The notes under the pieces are model-generated. The model worked only from the letters and a program-made list of their open reading frames with translations, did no database searches and was not told where the DNA came from. A stretch of DNA of 63,997 nt, counting the filler, from Phoronis australis (taxonomy: Eukaryota; Animalia; Phoronida), in assembly GCA_002633005.1 (NCBI GenBank). It is 5 parts of 5 records of this genome, joined end to end, with 100 filler letters (N's around TTAATTAATTAA, not from the genome) between each part and the next. Parts side by side here need not be neighbours in the genome. Positions count along the whole stretch, not along the records: positions 1 to 20,514 come from NMRA01001427.1; 4 more parts are not named here. One strand, 5' to 3'. Made by a program: the position numbers and the translations under genes. This document shows, piece after piece, positions 1 through 11,060 of this stretch (positions are counted from its first letter, which is position 1; each line of letters starts with the position of its first letter).

Positions 1-55
1 AACATATAATTATTAAGTGTAATAAAAATATTTATACGAAGAAAACGAGTTCAGT

Positions 56-1903
56 TTATCTGCTACAACAGCAGAACAAACTGCGCCAGCGAAATGGTCT
101 TCGCGTAGGATTCTTGGGCACTTCAATGTCAGATGAATCTCTTTGGCCCCTGAAATGCTTTCTGATTCTGTTGAATATCCCTCTTTCTCTAACTTTTACA
201 GCATCGTCTCCTAGCTCATTGACAGCGTCACAAGAGCTTACTTCTTCCGGAATGCTTGGGGTTTGGGAAAGAATCAATTCTGTCCCAACCTCGTCACCAT
301 CTACAAAATTCACGCCTTCTCTATCCTCGTTGCCATAGGCAAACAGGAATTCTTTTGAAGCTGTATGACCGTCAGTATACATTGCGCTGTCACCAACACT
401 GGAACCATCATTAGGTATCAGATCTGTTTCATCTGTGCAACTATCATCATACATGAACTCTTTGTGGTGATAGCCGTCCTCCAGTCTTTCCTCAACGTAT
501 TTGCCAGCAGCATACCTAGACTCCTCTTCAACGGTCTGGACACGTGTTACCCGAAACGTCGACGTTAGAACCAACACATCGTCATCGTCTGCGCCACAGT
601 CTCTAAATTCATACTTGACTTGGCACCTATCATTGGAATGATACTTTGTGACTTCAAACTTTTCTTCGGTACGATCGGTCGAATGACATTTCTTTACCAT
701 GTACCGAACCAAGCTGCTGCTGGTTTCATAATGGCTCTCTACAATTGTATACTCCACCCTGTGGCCGACTGTCAGATCAAACTTTTTTATTCTGTACAGA
801 ACCAGTTCTTCAGTTTCATAGCAAAGCTGTATTTCGTACTCTAATTCGTGGGCAGTAAACGTATTAATAGTCTTTACAATACCACCGCTGATTCGACCAT
901 TAGGCGCACAATACCTCACCACCTTACGTTTGCCACCATCGGTTGTATCACATAGTTCTACTTTGTACTCGCTCCTAACAACAACATATGTGTCCAAAAC
1001 GCGGCTGTAGAAATCTGCCAAACTACACCCGTCGTCGTCACACTGCTCGATGTGAGAACCATATGCATCATACACCTCATCTGGCCTGAATTCATCTCCT
1101 TGGCAACCTATTACTCTATACCGATCCTCTAACTCACACTCCTTGACGGGTTCAGTTGTACTAACATCGCCTTGGACTCGAGTACCGCCATTAGCCTCAA
1201 ACTGCTTCACCAGATCGACAACTCTTCTCTGATGAAGCAGGTCCCCATTCTTTTCGTCTCCATTTAGATCGAAGTGACTATCATTTGCGCTGCTCTTCTC
1301 TCCAAGCTTAATCCCGTCCCCGTGGCCATCAATTGTAGCATACAGCCCCTTTATCTCACTCTCCTCACCGGGCTCAGTAGAACAAACAAGTTCGATCCCA
1401 GGAGTACCATTGCACTCAAATAAGTTTACCAGGTCCACAACTCTTCTCCGAGGATAACCACTCCCAATCTGATCCTGTTTGTCCNCGCTGCACTTCTCTC
1501 CAAGCTTAATCCCGTCCCCGTGGCCATCAATTGTAGCATACAGCCCCTTTATCTCACTCTCCTCACCGGGCTCAGTAGAACAAACAAGTTCGATCCCAGG
1601 AGTACCATTGCACTCAAATAAGTTTACCAAGTCCACAACTCTTCTCCGAGGATAACCATTCCCAATCTGATCCTGTTTGTCCCCCGTTTCGTCTCCATTC
1701 TCGTCGACGTGACCATCATTGTCACCACACGGTTCCTCAAGCTGCATTCTATCCCCGTGGTCATCTATTGTACCACACGAATCCTTTACCTCGCACTCTT
1801 CAACAGACTCAGTTGTGTGAATCTTATATTCTAACTGAGCGTCAACATTAGCCTCAAATTTTTTCTTCAGATCAATCACTTTTACCCCTACCTCCATTGC
1901 CAT
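56..1903 (-). CDS. Intronless 615-aa acidic orphan protein with repeated (R/K)-V-x-D-L-x-x-x-F-E motifs and a C-terminal basic + CCC tail
   Basis: Long uninterrupted ORF in AT-rich DNA. Motif occurs 4 times (KVIDLKKKFE, RVVDLVNLFE x2, RVVDLVKQFE). Beta-like Y/V-alternating middle region. Ends RRPFRWRSLFCCCSR*. One 66-aa repeat copy abuts a single n at 1485 and may be an assembly duplication. Confidence 0.7.
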   Translation of the reverse strand: MAMEVGVKVIDLKKKFEANVDAQLEYKIHTTESVEECEVKDSCGTIDDHGDRMQLEEPCGDNDGHVDENGDETGDKQDQIGNGYPRRRVVDLVNLFECNGTPGIELVCSTEPGEESEIKGLYATIDGHGDGIKLGEKCSXDKQDQIGSGYPRRRVVDLVNLFECNGTPGIELVCSTEPGEESEIKGLYATIDGHGDGIKLGEKSSANDSHFDLNGDEKNGDLLHQRRVVDLVKQFEANGGTRVQGDVSTTEPVKECELEDRYRVIGCQGDEFRPDEVYDAYGSHIEQCDDDGCSLADFYSRVLDTYVVVRSEYKVELCDTTDGGKRKVVRYCAPNGRISGGIVKTINTFTAHELEYEIQLCYETEELVLYRIKKFDLTVGHRVEYTIVESHYETSSSLVRYMVKKCHSTDRTEEKFEVTKYHSNDRCQVKYEFRDCGADDDDVLVLTSTFRVTRVQTVEEESRYAAGKYVEERLEDGYHHKEFMYDDSCTDETDLIPNDGSSVGDSAMYTDGHTASKEFLFAYGNEDREGVNFVDGDEVGTELILSQTPSIPEEVSSCDAVNELGDDAVKVRERGIFNRIRKHFRGQRDSSDIEVPKNPTRRPFRWRSLFCCCSR

Positions 1904-1944
1904 ATTTAAAACAATCGTTAAAACGTCATAAAAAGGTCACGTCA

Positions 1945-2004
1945 CACGTGTAGCGCGCATTTGTGTTTTTAATGCTAACTATTCGCTTGTTTAGCGTGAC
2001 GTCA
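1945..2004 (-). promoter_or_regulatory. Putative proximal promoter of the 615-aa ORF: E-box CACGTG (1945-1950) and palindromic CRE TGACGTCA (1997-2004)
   Basis: Exact motifs lie 40-100 bp upstream of the ATG, with extra CGTCA half sites at ~1924-1944. Confidence 0.35.
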
Positions 2005-4254
2005 TTTTGACGTTTTGGAGCCAGTCAAATAAAATTAAAATACCAAATGTATAATTTGACTAAACATCACGAAATGCTGTGCATCGTTCCATCAGAATAC
2101 TGTTTGGTTCAACACTAACTGTTAAGGACACGCACGATGATTTGATGGCGATATAGACTGGGGCATAGTTTCTCCGGAGAGATTAGTAGAATTTTGTCCG
2201 CCGCGTGTCTCTTGAAGCTAACCTCAGACCTAAATTCGATCACAACTTTTCACTTTCTTGGCATCAATCACATATTAAAGACATTAAATGTTTTCTTGAA
2301 AACAAAAGTTTGAAAACGGATGTTGGACAACAGTCTCCTGCCATCTGTGGCCATCCTTTTTCAAAACCACCGTTTGTTCACGACACGAAGACTAGCGTCA
2401 AGGGAAATCTTCGCGTGAAAGTTATAGGAGTTATTTTAGTATAGGTGCATTCTAAGTGGCTTAGATAGTATGGTTTTGCCTTGATTTTAACTAAATGAAG
2501 AACGTCGACTGGGTTTCATCAGCTGAAATAGGAATAATGTCACTTAAACATCAATATTTCAAAAGTTATATCCACACATGCTGAGGGTAAATATTATCAA
2601 AGGCTCCAACTTCATAAACACCTTTAAGTGTTAAATCTTAAAAGACCAGTGTCATACAATTTGGCGGCTACTTGGCAGGCATTCAACGGCTAAACTTCAT
2701 AATAAGGTCATATCAGCCCAATCACATAGCATACGTGTTTTTGAGACTTGGCACGGTCATATTTTTGGTTGTACGTTTCTTTGATAAGGCGAAGTGGTGC
2801 GGATTTTTATATATCTCCAGCGACTCAGTGATGCGATTGTCTGTACATGTACTCCGGGGTGTGAATGCGGGGCTGTGCCCCAATCGACCCTGGAGAAGGC
2901 TGACCGCACCACTTGACACTTCTTAAACAATATTAAAGGTCACAAGTGGTGATTGTTGCCTAACCCTTAAACCCTTTTTAGAGAATTATATGATAGTTCA
3001 TACTATAACCACTAGGTGTCTCTGTATCTAGCTTCCCACCATTGTCTTAGTGACTACACATTGATATTACATAGAGATAGGAATTATCACCTTTTGCACG
3101 TGTATTCACTTTATATCCCGTTTATAGTACATTGTCATTACCCTTAAGCTATCCATTAAGCATTCTCTTTACTTGTACTTCTAGGTCTCCATCATTCTTT
3201 CAATAAAGGTTGAAACGAAGTGACGAATGTTTAGCTACTTTTGTTGACAAATTTAACCTAATGGATACTTTTGGGAAATTTTTGAAATTGGCCAAAGAAT
3301 AATATAATTGGTTCTGGTCTGCACTTGACCCGCTTTGTAACCTGTGCATTGCTGTTTACAATAAAAAACAGCATCACTTAATACTTTAAAATTGCAAACG
3401 CATCTATAAAAGTGGTTTTGGGATTTGCCAACTCAGTCGCAATGACGTAACAGGTTTCCAAAGACAACTGGTGCAGTTTTGAGTCATAGTTAGTTCTACC
3501 AACTGGGAGTAGGATATAGTCAGTCGCGTCTTGGCGAGAGAAATCTATCCAAAATCATTTGCTGTCTGTGAAAATATACATGTACGGCAATATCCCGCGG
3601 ATTCTTGCGCAATCACGCTTTACCCAAATAAAAGCTTAGTCTACAGAACACTCGGTAGCTGTAGTGCCGTCGAATTTTAATAACGTGTGTTGTCGTCATG
3701 TTCGAGGAAAAACTATTACCCGCTAGAACTTACACTACATTTTATCACGGTGCCTCGTCCATGTTATACAGTGCAACAGAGGGCCCTCTTGGAAAGCAGT
3801 GCTATCACTGAAGAGGCCACCCTCATTTTAAATATCACAATAATAAATAAATAAATAAAAGAGGAATCCGTAAAAACGAAGCTGAATTGTTTGGGAGAGT
3901 GTTGCAGTAGATTTCACTGTGAGGAAATGAAACCCATGACCATGTTTTCACAACATGCTCTTGTCTTAATACCGTCCGCCAACTCTTGCGTTGTGAGGTC
4001 GCAAGTTCCAGTCTCCAAATCCAGTGCGCGGACTGATGATCAAAATAGCGATCATTGCGTCCTTTACAAAATTTGTTTCCGTAAGAAAGTTTCGTGGCTT
4101 GGAACCTCTGAGAACGGCTTTTGATTTACAAAAAACTTCGAGAGTTTCCATCTTCAGGAACCCACTGAGAAATTTTCAAGTGAAAGCTCAAAAAGTGAAA
4201 TGAAAAAATGCTAAGAAAACATCGCTTCTTTTGTACATACGACAGTTTCGAATG

Positions 4255-7200
4255 ACATGGATTATCTGAGTCTTTAAAAAAATGTAGTCCAATTTCCAGG
4301 CTCCCAACTGACTCGAAATCGATTCTCATATTTTCTTGTGCATTTTTTACTCATTCGGTAATTTGAGAATTCTTGACTTGACCAGTGATCACTTGAAAAT
4401 GTGTCACGAATCACAAGAATACACACTGAAGCGTGGACGAAGTAAACGAAGGTCGAGGTAACTTTAAATAGTACCTGTTCAATACGAGATGCAGGAGGCA
4501 TTTTCGTTGTTTCTGGCGGACAACATCGCCGCGTAGTCACCCGCAGTATTATCAATTGTTTTTTCAGGCAAAAAGAAAATCAATACGCGTCTTTTGTTCG
4601 TTTTTAGCGAGTCCTGGCTAGTTCCTGGCCTTAACTCTAGGTAACGCGGCAGCTACCTGTTTAAGGAAGAACACTCGATTCGTGAACAAGTTGTGATTCA
4701 AATAAGTCCACCGTGTTTGCTTGTAGATTTCGTTTTCTGTCAGTCTCGGATTGCAGTGCAGTGACAACAGCAATCTGCTGTGATTTCAGGTAGCCCTTGA
4801 CACCCCAGATTTGCAAAATCTCTTATTGAGTGGAAGCTATTTGGAGACACGCTTGTGGAATCTGTTGTTGTAAATTTGCTTTCAGAATAAACTGTTGACT
4901 CGTGTCGAGCAGAAGCAGGGAAGTGTTCTCCCTGGTTCCCTATGTGCCTAGCCTAGCTGGCTACCATCTAGCGACACACAGGGAACAAGCAAGGGAAGTG
5001 TTCTGTGGTCCGATGAAACTCTTAAATCAGGTGGTAAATATATTATTGGCAATAAAGTAAGGAAACGTTTGTTAGATCAGTGAGGCTTAGTTGCATTTTT
5101 TTCTTTTTATTCAATATAATAAGTACGGATCAGATCACACAATTACATTGTCCTCACAGCAGTTAATAAAAAAACATGTTTTGTTTAGTCAAGGATCAGT
5201 TATGGTCAACTTATGTACAGTTCCGATATATACAAAGGTAATTTAAACATCAATCAAGTAGAGGCGATCTGTACGATTCATTCATAATAAACAAAAAGGT
5301 CCAGACATTGCCAGCGTTCTGTAAATTCATCTTATTTCATTTTGTTTATGTGTCAGCATCTACAAGCCAATTATTAACATTAGTCCAAAACTGTAGAGCA
5401 ACGTTACAAGACCAGTACACATGGTCATTACATTCACTTTCATATAGGCAACACCACAGTTGTCGCTTCTTAGTCACGGACATAATACTCTTTGCTTGTG
5501 AACAGACGAACCCAGCTCCCACTAATATTCCTGACCCGCACACCGTTACTTTCTCTGCCTAATTGCATACACTGAAAAAGCACGGCTTGTAGGTTTCCGT
5601 TGCCGCGCACCACAAAGGCGAGCATAAAATTCTTCACTCACAGATGTTATTCCCCATCCGCACCGCGTTGTCGATTACGTCTCAGGAGACTTCCTTGACG
5701 CACTTCCCGGTCAATAAAGGCTCCTTGGCTCCCCGTTGATACCCAGCTTCTTGACGAAACTCCCTTCTTGTTGACACCTCTTTGGCGCCCCCGGTGCAAC
5801 CCAGCCCCCTGGCCGACAAAGGCTCCTTGCCCCCCCTCTCCCTGTGGACAAAGGCTCGTTACCTAGCTCTCCTTCCCTTATCGGCACCTTGGCATCCCCT
5901 CCTCCGGCCGACAAGGGCTCTGATCCTTTCCCCCACCCCGTTGACACCTCCCTGCTTGGTTGCTGTGTAATTCCCCCCCCCCNNNNNNNNNNNNNNNNNN
6001 NNNNNNNNNNNCCCAGGGCCCGGTCTCCAATCTTTTTACTCGAAATGGAACTCGAAATTAGGTTTGGCATTTTCTACTCTACTTTTGGGAGAACTCAAGA
6101 TAAGTGTCTATTATTCTATGCTCGAGTACACAATAACTTACGTAGATAATTTATCGCCCTTAGTTCATAGTTTGTAAACCCAATATTAAAGCAATAACTT
6201 CGAGTTTGAACTCGAAATTTCGAGTTTTTACTCGAGTTTGTAGCACGAATATAAGGGTCTTCAACGGCAAACTTGAACTAGAAACTCCTATGCATAAACT
6301 ATAAAGTATTCGAGCACAGTCTGATAACCAATTATCTTAAGTTCGCACAAAAGGAGCAGAGAAATTGCCAAAAATAGTTTCGAGTTCGTTTCGAGTACAA
6401 AGATTAGAGACCGGGCCCAGACCGCGAACATCCACCTATTGAACATTGTTGAAAAATCCCCTATTGCGGATTAGTTATCAACTGCCCATTTAAATGAATT
6501 TAAAAGTTGAGCTATTTTCCTCGTTCGCAATGAAGTGGAACATACATTTTATCTTTTTGCACACGAGCTCCCTGATTTTATAATAATTCTAGGTCAGTTT
6601 TTGCTCTTTCTAAATGCTGAACAATTCCCAAACCAAACCTATCTTCATCCATTTCTGNTTTCTTTTTATTCAATATAATAAGTACGGATCAGATCACACA
6701 ATTACATTGTCCTCACAGCAGTTAATAAAATAACTTTTTTGTTTAGTCAAGGATCAGTTATGGTCAACTTATGTACAGTTCCGATATATACAAAGGTAAT
6801 TTAAACATCAATCAAGTAGAGGCGACCTGTACGATTCATTCATAATAAACAAAAAGGTCAAGACATTGCCAGTGTTCTGTAAATTCACCTTATTTCATTT
6901 TGTTTATGTGTCAGCATCTACAAGCCAATTATTAACATTAGTCACAAACTGTATAGCAACGTTACAAGACCAGTACACATGGTCATTACATTCACTTTCA
7001 TATAAGCAACACCACAGTTGTCGCTTCTTAGTCACGGACATAATATTCTTTGCTCGTGAACAGACCAACCCAGCTCCCACTAATATTCCTGACCCGCACA
7101 CCGTTTCTTTCTCTGCCTAATTGCATACACTGAAAAAGCACGGCTTGTAGGTTTCCGTTGCCGCGCACCACAAAGGCGAGCATCAAATTCTTCACTCACA

Positions 7201-9243
7201 TATGTTATTCCCCATCCGCACNTGGATTGTCTGAGTCTTTAAAAAATTGTAGTCCAATTTGCAGGCTCCCAACTGACTCGAAATCGATTCTTACATTTTC
7301 TTGTGCATTTTTACTCATTCGGTAATTTGAGAATTTTTGACTTGACCAGTAATCACTTGAAAATGTGTCACGAATCACAAGAATACACACTGAAGCGTGG
7401 ACGAAGTAAACGAAGGTCAAGGTAACTTTAAATAGTACCTGTTCAATAAGAGATGCAGGAGGCATTTTCGTTGTTTCTGGCGGACAACATAGCCGCGTAG
7501 TCGCCCGCACTACTATCAATTATTTTTTCAGGCAAAAAGAAAATCAATACGCGTCTTTTGTTCGTTTTTAGCGAGTCCTGGCTAGTTCCTGGCCTTAACT
7601 CTGGGTAACGCGGCAGCCACCTGTTAAAAGCAGAACACTCGATTCGTGAACAAGTTGTGATTCAAATAAGTCCACCGTGTTTGCTTGTAGATTTCGTTTT
7701 CTGTCAGTCTCGGATTGCAGTGCAGTGACAACAGCAATCTGCTGTGATTTCAGGTAGCCCTCGACACCCCAGATTTTCAAAATCTCTTATTGAGTGGTAG
7801 CTATTTTGAGACACGCTTGTGGAATCTGTTGTTGTAACCTTGCTTTCAGAATATACTGTTGACTCGTGTCGAGCAGAAGCAGGGAAGTGTTCTCGCTGGT
7901 TCCCTATGTGCCTAGCCTAGCTGGCTACCACCTAGCGACACGCAGGAAACAAGCAAGGGAAGTGTTCTGTGGTCCGATGAAACTCTTAAATCAGGTGGTA
8001 AAATATATTTTTGGCAATAAAGTAAGAAAACGTTTGTTAGATGAGGCTTAGTTGCATTTTTTTCTCAAACTTTTTATTCAATATAACAAGTACGGAACAG
8101 GTCACACAATTACATTATCCACCCAGCAGTTAATAAAACAACTTTTTTGTTTAGTCAAGGATCAGTTATGGTCAACGTATGTGCAGTTCCGATTTATACA
8201 AAGGTAATTTAAACATCAAACAAGTAGAGGCTACCTGTACGATTCATTCATAATAAACAAAAAGGTCAAGACATTGCCAGCGTTCTGTAAATTCATCTTA
8301 TTTCATTTTGTTTATGTGTCAGCATCTACAAGCCAATTATTAACATTAGTCACAAACTGTAGAGCAACGTTACAAGACCAGTACACATGGTCATTAAATT
8401 CACTTTCATCTAAGCAACACCACAGTTGTCGCTTCTTAGTCACGGACATAATACTCTTTGCTCGTGAACAGACCAACCCAGCTCCCACTCATATTCCTGA
8501 CCCGCACGCCGTTACTTTCTCTGCCTAATTGCATACACTGAAAAAGCAAGGCATGTAGGTTTCCGTTCTACAAAGGCGAGCATAAAATTCTTCACTCACA
8601 CATGTTATTCCCCTCTCCTAGGTACAAATCACACACCCGCACCGCGTTGTCGATTGCGTCTCGGGAGACTTCCGTGACCAACTCCCCTGTCGACAAAGGC
8701 TCCTTGGCTCCCCCGTTGATACCCTGATTATTGACGAAATTCCCTTCTTGTTGACACCTCTTTGGGGCACGTCACCTGATTGACACCTCTTTGGCGCCAC
8801 CGGCGCAACCCATCAACCTGGCCTACAAAGGCTCCTTGTCCCCCCTCTCCCTGTGGACAAAGGCTCGTTACCTAGCTATCCTACCCTTATCAGCACCTTG
8901 GCATCCCCTTCTCCGGTCGACAAGGGCTCTGATCCTTTCCCTCACCCCGTTGACACCTCCCTGCCTGGTAATCCCCCCGATTAGCAGTCGTCACCCCCAC
9001 CCCCAGACCGCAAACATCCACCTATTGAAAATTGTTGAAAAATCCCCTATTGCGGATTATTTATCAACTCTCCATTTAAATGAATTTAAAAATTGAGCTT
9101 TTTTCCCCGTCCGCAGTGAAGTGGAACTTACATTTCATCTTTTTGCACACGAGCTCCCTGATTTTGTAATAATTCTAGGTCAGTTTTTGCTCTTTCTAAA
9201 TGCTGAATAATTCCCTAACCAAACCTATCTTCATCCATTTCTG
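4255..9243. repeat. Local tandem duplication, unit ~2.97 kb (4255-6657 vs 7223-9243), plus an extra partial copy at 6659-7221
   Basis: Near-identical spurious ORFs recur (5308/6866/8274; 4274/7205; 5782/8791). Single-n joins at 6658 and 7222 bracket the extra copy. Confidence 0.9.
6017..6417. mobile_element. PIF/Harbinger-type MITE, 401 bp, CAG target-site duplication
   Basis: Imperfect TIRs GGCCCGGTCTCCAATCTTTTTACTCGAAA / TTTCGAGTACAAAGATTAGAGACCGGGCC with CAG on both sides. The paralogous copy at ~9001 (ccccCAGaccg) is the empty site. Confidence 0.85.
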
Positions 9244-10499
9244 TCCTGTTAAGTTCAATCAACTTTTCTTCCCATCACTTTCTGACTTTACATCAAAATT
9301 CGAGTGCCTCATGGCGCATTCCCTTAGTTTCATCATTTCCCCATTTGTATTTTTGTTTCTTAGATAATTACACTCTTTAAGACAGACATTTATAATTATT
9401 TTTAAGTGTGTTACATAATCTTTTTCTTTGAAATATCGGCGCGTGATCGTCGTTCGATCAGATTGTGCGAGCGAAATTTCTTCCCAAACGGTACTGGAAA
9501 CAGATTAAGAAGCTAACGGAGACTAACTCTAATGCTCTTAGTTTGCAGCTTTATCCGCTGACTCAAGAGCCCACATGGCACTCTGAGTAATATCTGTTTG
9601 TTGAAGAATATTCTATTTACCCAAGCTTATCCGCGCGCTGAAAACTTCTTTGAACCGAGTAGGTGCCCCTTATGCCCAAGTGTGGCTACGTCTGTGCGGT
9701 TAGACAAAAAGCGCTTTGACAATAATTGATGTCTAAATCACAGATTCGAAAGTTTTAAGTGAGTGGAAGTGTTACCAGAATCCCTGAATTTGAGACTCTT
9801 ACTCGGCTCACAAATTGACTAAACGCTAGTCAAAAAGGAAGCACTTAAAAGTGACAAAATTCAACTGCACTCTGTGCTTGGAATGGTTTGTGAATCCTAG
9901 ACATGGCCGTACAACTGCGGACGCCGACGCCCGACATACAAAGATGGCGGCAATGTGCACCCATATATAAATATGTGAGCGCACGCGGGCATAAAAATGA
10001 AAGTCCTTAACTTTGCAGAAACAGCGTTCGTGGCTCAGTTTTTATGAAGGCTGATACAGCCACTAGTCTGAAGTCCTCGGAGACGTATTCGTAAGCAAAA
10101 GAATAAAGTGCACTTGGTTTTCGCAAACGAGGGGCCCCAACCACAATGAAAAATAACCAAATGAATAGGGGCTTACCGCGTTTTTTCTTTGAGTTCTTTG
10201 AGGGGGAAGGGGACTTCCCCGCGTTTTTGATGAATGGGCTTCACAGCACCCGACGACATAGTGTCGACTTCACTGTATGTGAAGAATGCAACTACATGTG
10301 TATATGCAGGTGAACTGGTGAAGCAAGGTTTTTTGACACAGCCTGGTATATGTAGATTAGAAAACGAAGTCATGAACACTCCAATTCCTGAAAACATGTT
10401 CTTGTTTTAAACCTCTGGAGACATTGAAAAAGTTAACAGTAAAGAAAGACTTTTACTCAGCATTACATACATTCATCTAATGTTCTAAAGTTTATTTCA

Positions 10500-11060
10500 C
10501 GAGAAGTGTCATTGTGTCTGCGCATTTATAGATGGTGTCTTCAAAGTGAATGGATTCAAATGCTCCATTCTCAGTTGACAGAATGTCAAGTCTTGTTAAG
10601 ACATCACGACTCTTCAGTTTGCTGAAATATATTTGCAAGTTGACACTGAGACAGGTACGGTCAACAACATCTGCAACGCTGTTCTCAGGCTTGGAAACAA
10701 ACCCTTTCCATTTTGTGTGGTGGCCTTCGGAAGCTCATCAGATTCTGTTGTTGAAGACATGTATGTGTACAGTTGTTTCTTGAGAAGCGATCGGCAGTCG
10801 ATAATTTCTTCACTAAGTAAGTTGCCGTTGAAATCCCCTTCAAATGCAGTACCAAATCGGCAGATCGTTGCAACAGACATGATTCCAAGCAGCCAAACTT
10901 AAGTGACCAGCAATAGGAAACCGAGCTGAGAGTTCAGTGTTTGAGTCGAGTTTTTGCGTTCTTGAAGTTCAATTGCCAACGTTTCTATTGCAAGCTTCAC
11001 CACGCTGACAATTTCATCTGTCACGGATAGTCTCTCAGTCTACAGCTTCCTCCCAAGTTG
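10500..11060 (-). pseudogene. Degenerate hAT-family transposase C-terminus (dimerisation region)
   Basis: Minus-strand translation LSVTDEIVSVVKLAIETLAIELQER...QLGFLL...GDFNGNLLSEEIIDCRSLL...LFPSLRTALQMLLTVPVSVSTC, then after a frameshift FSKLK...RLDILSTE. This matches the hAT dimerisation consensus FP.L..AL.I.LT.P.S.A.CERSFSKLK. Stops and frameshifts are present. Confidence 0.75.

Noticed and set aside
2205-4151. Short 60-85-aa ORFs here, and similar ones throughout the introns and 50-64 kb
   Set aside because: Their lengths are expected by chance, many have non-ATG starts, and they show no motifs or splice support.
5308-8528. Three copies of an 84-aa ORF (MPAFCKF...) resembling a small secreted peptide family
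   Set aside because: They start at TTG, have no recognisable domain, and recur simply because the DNA is duplicated.
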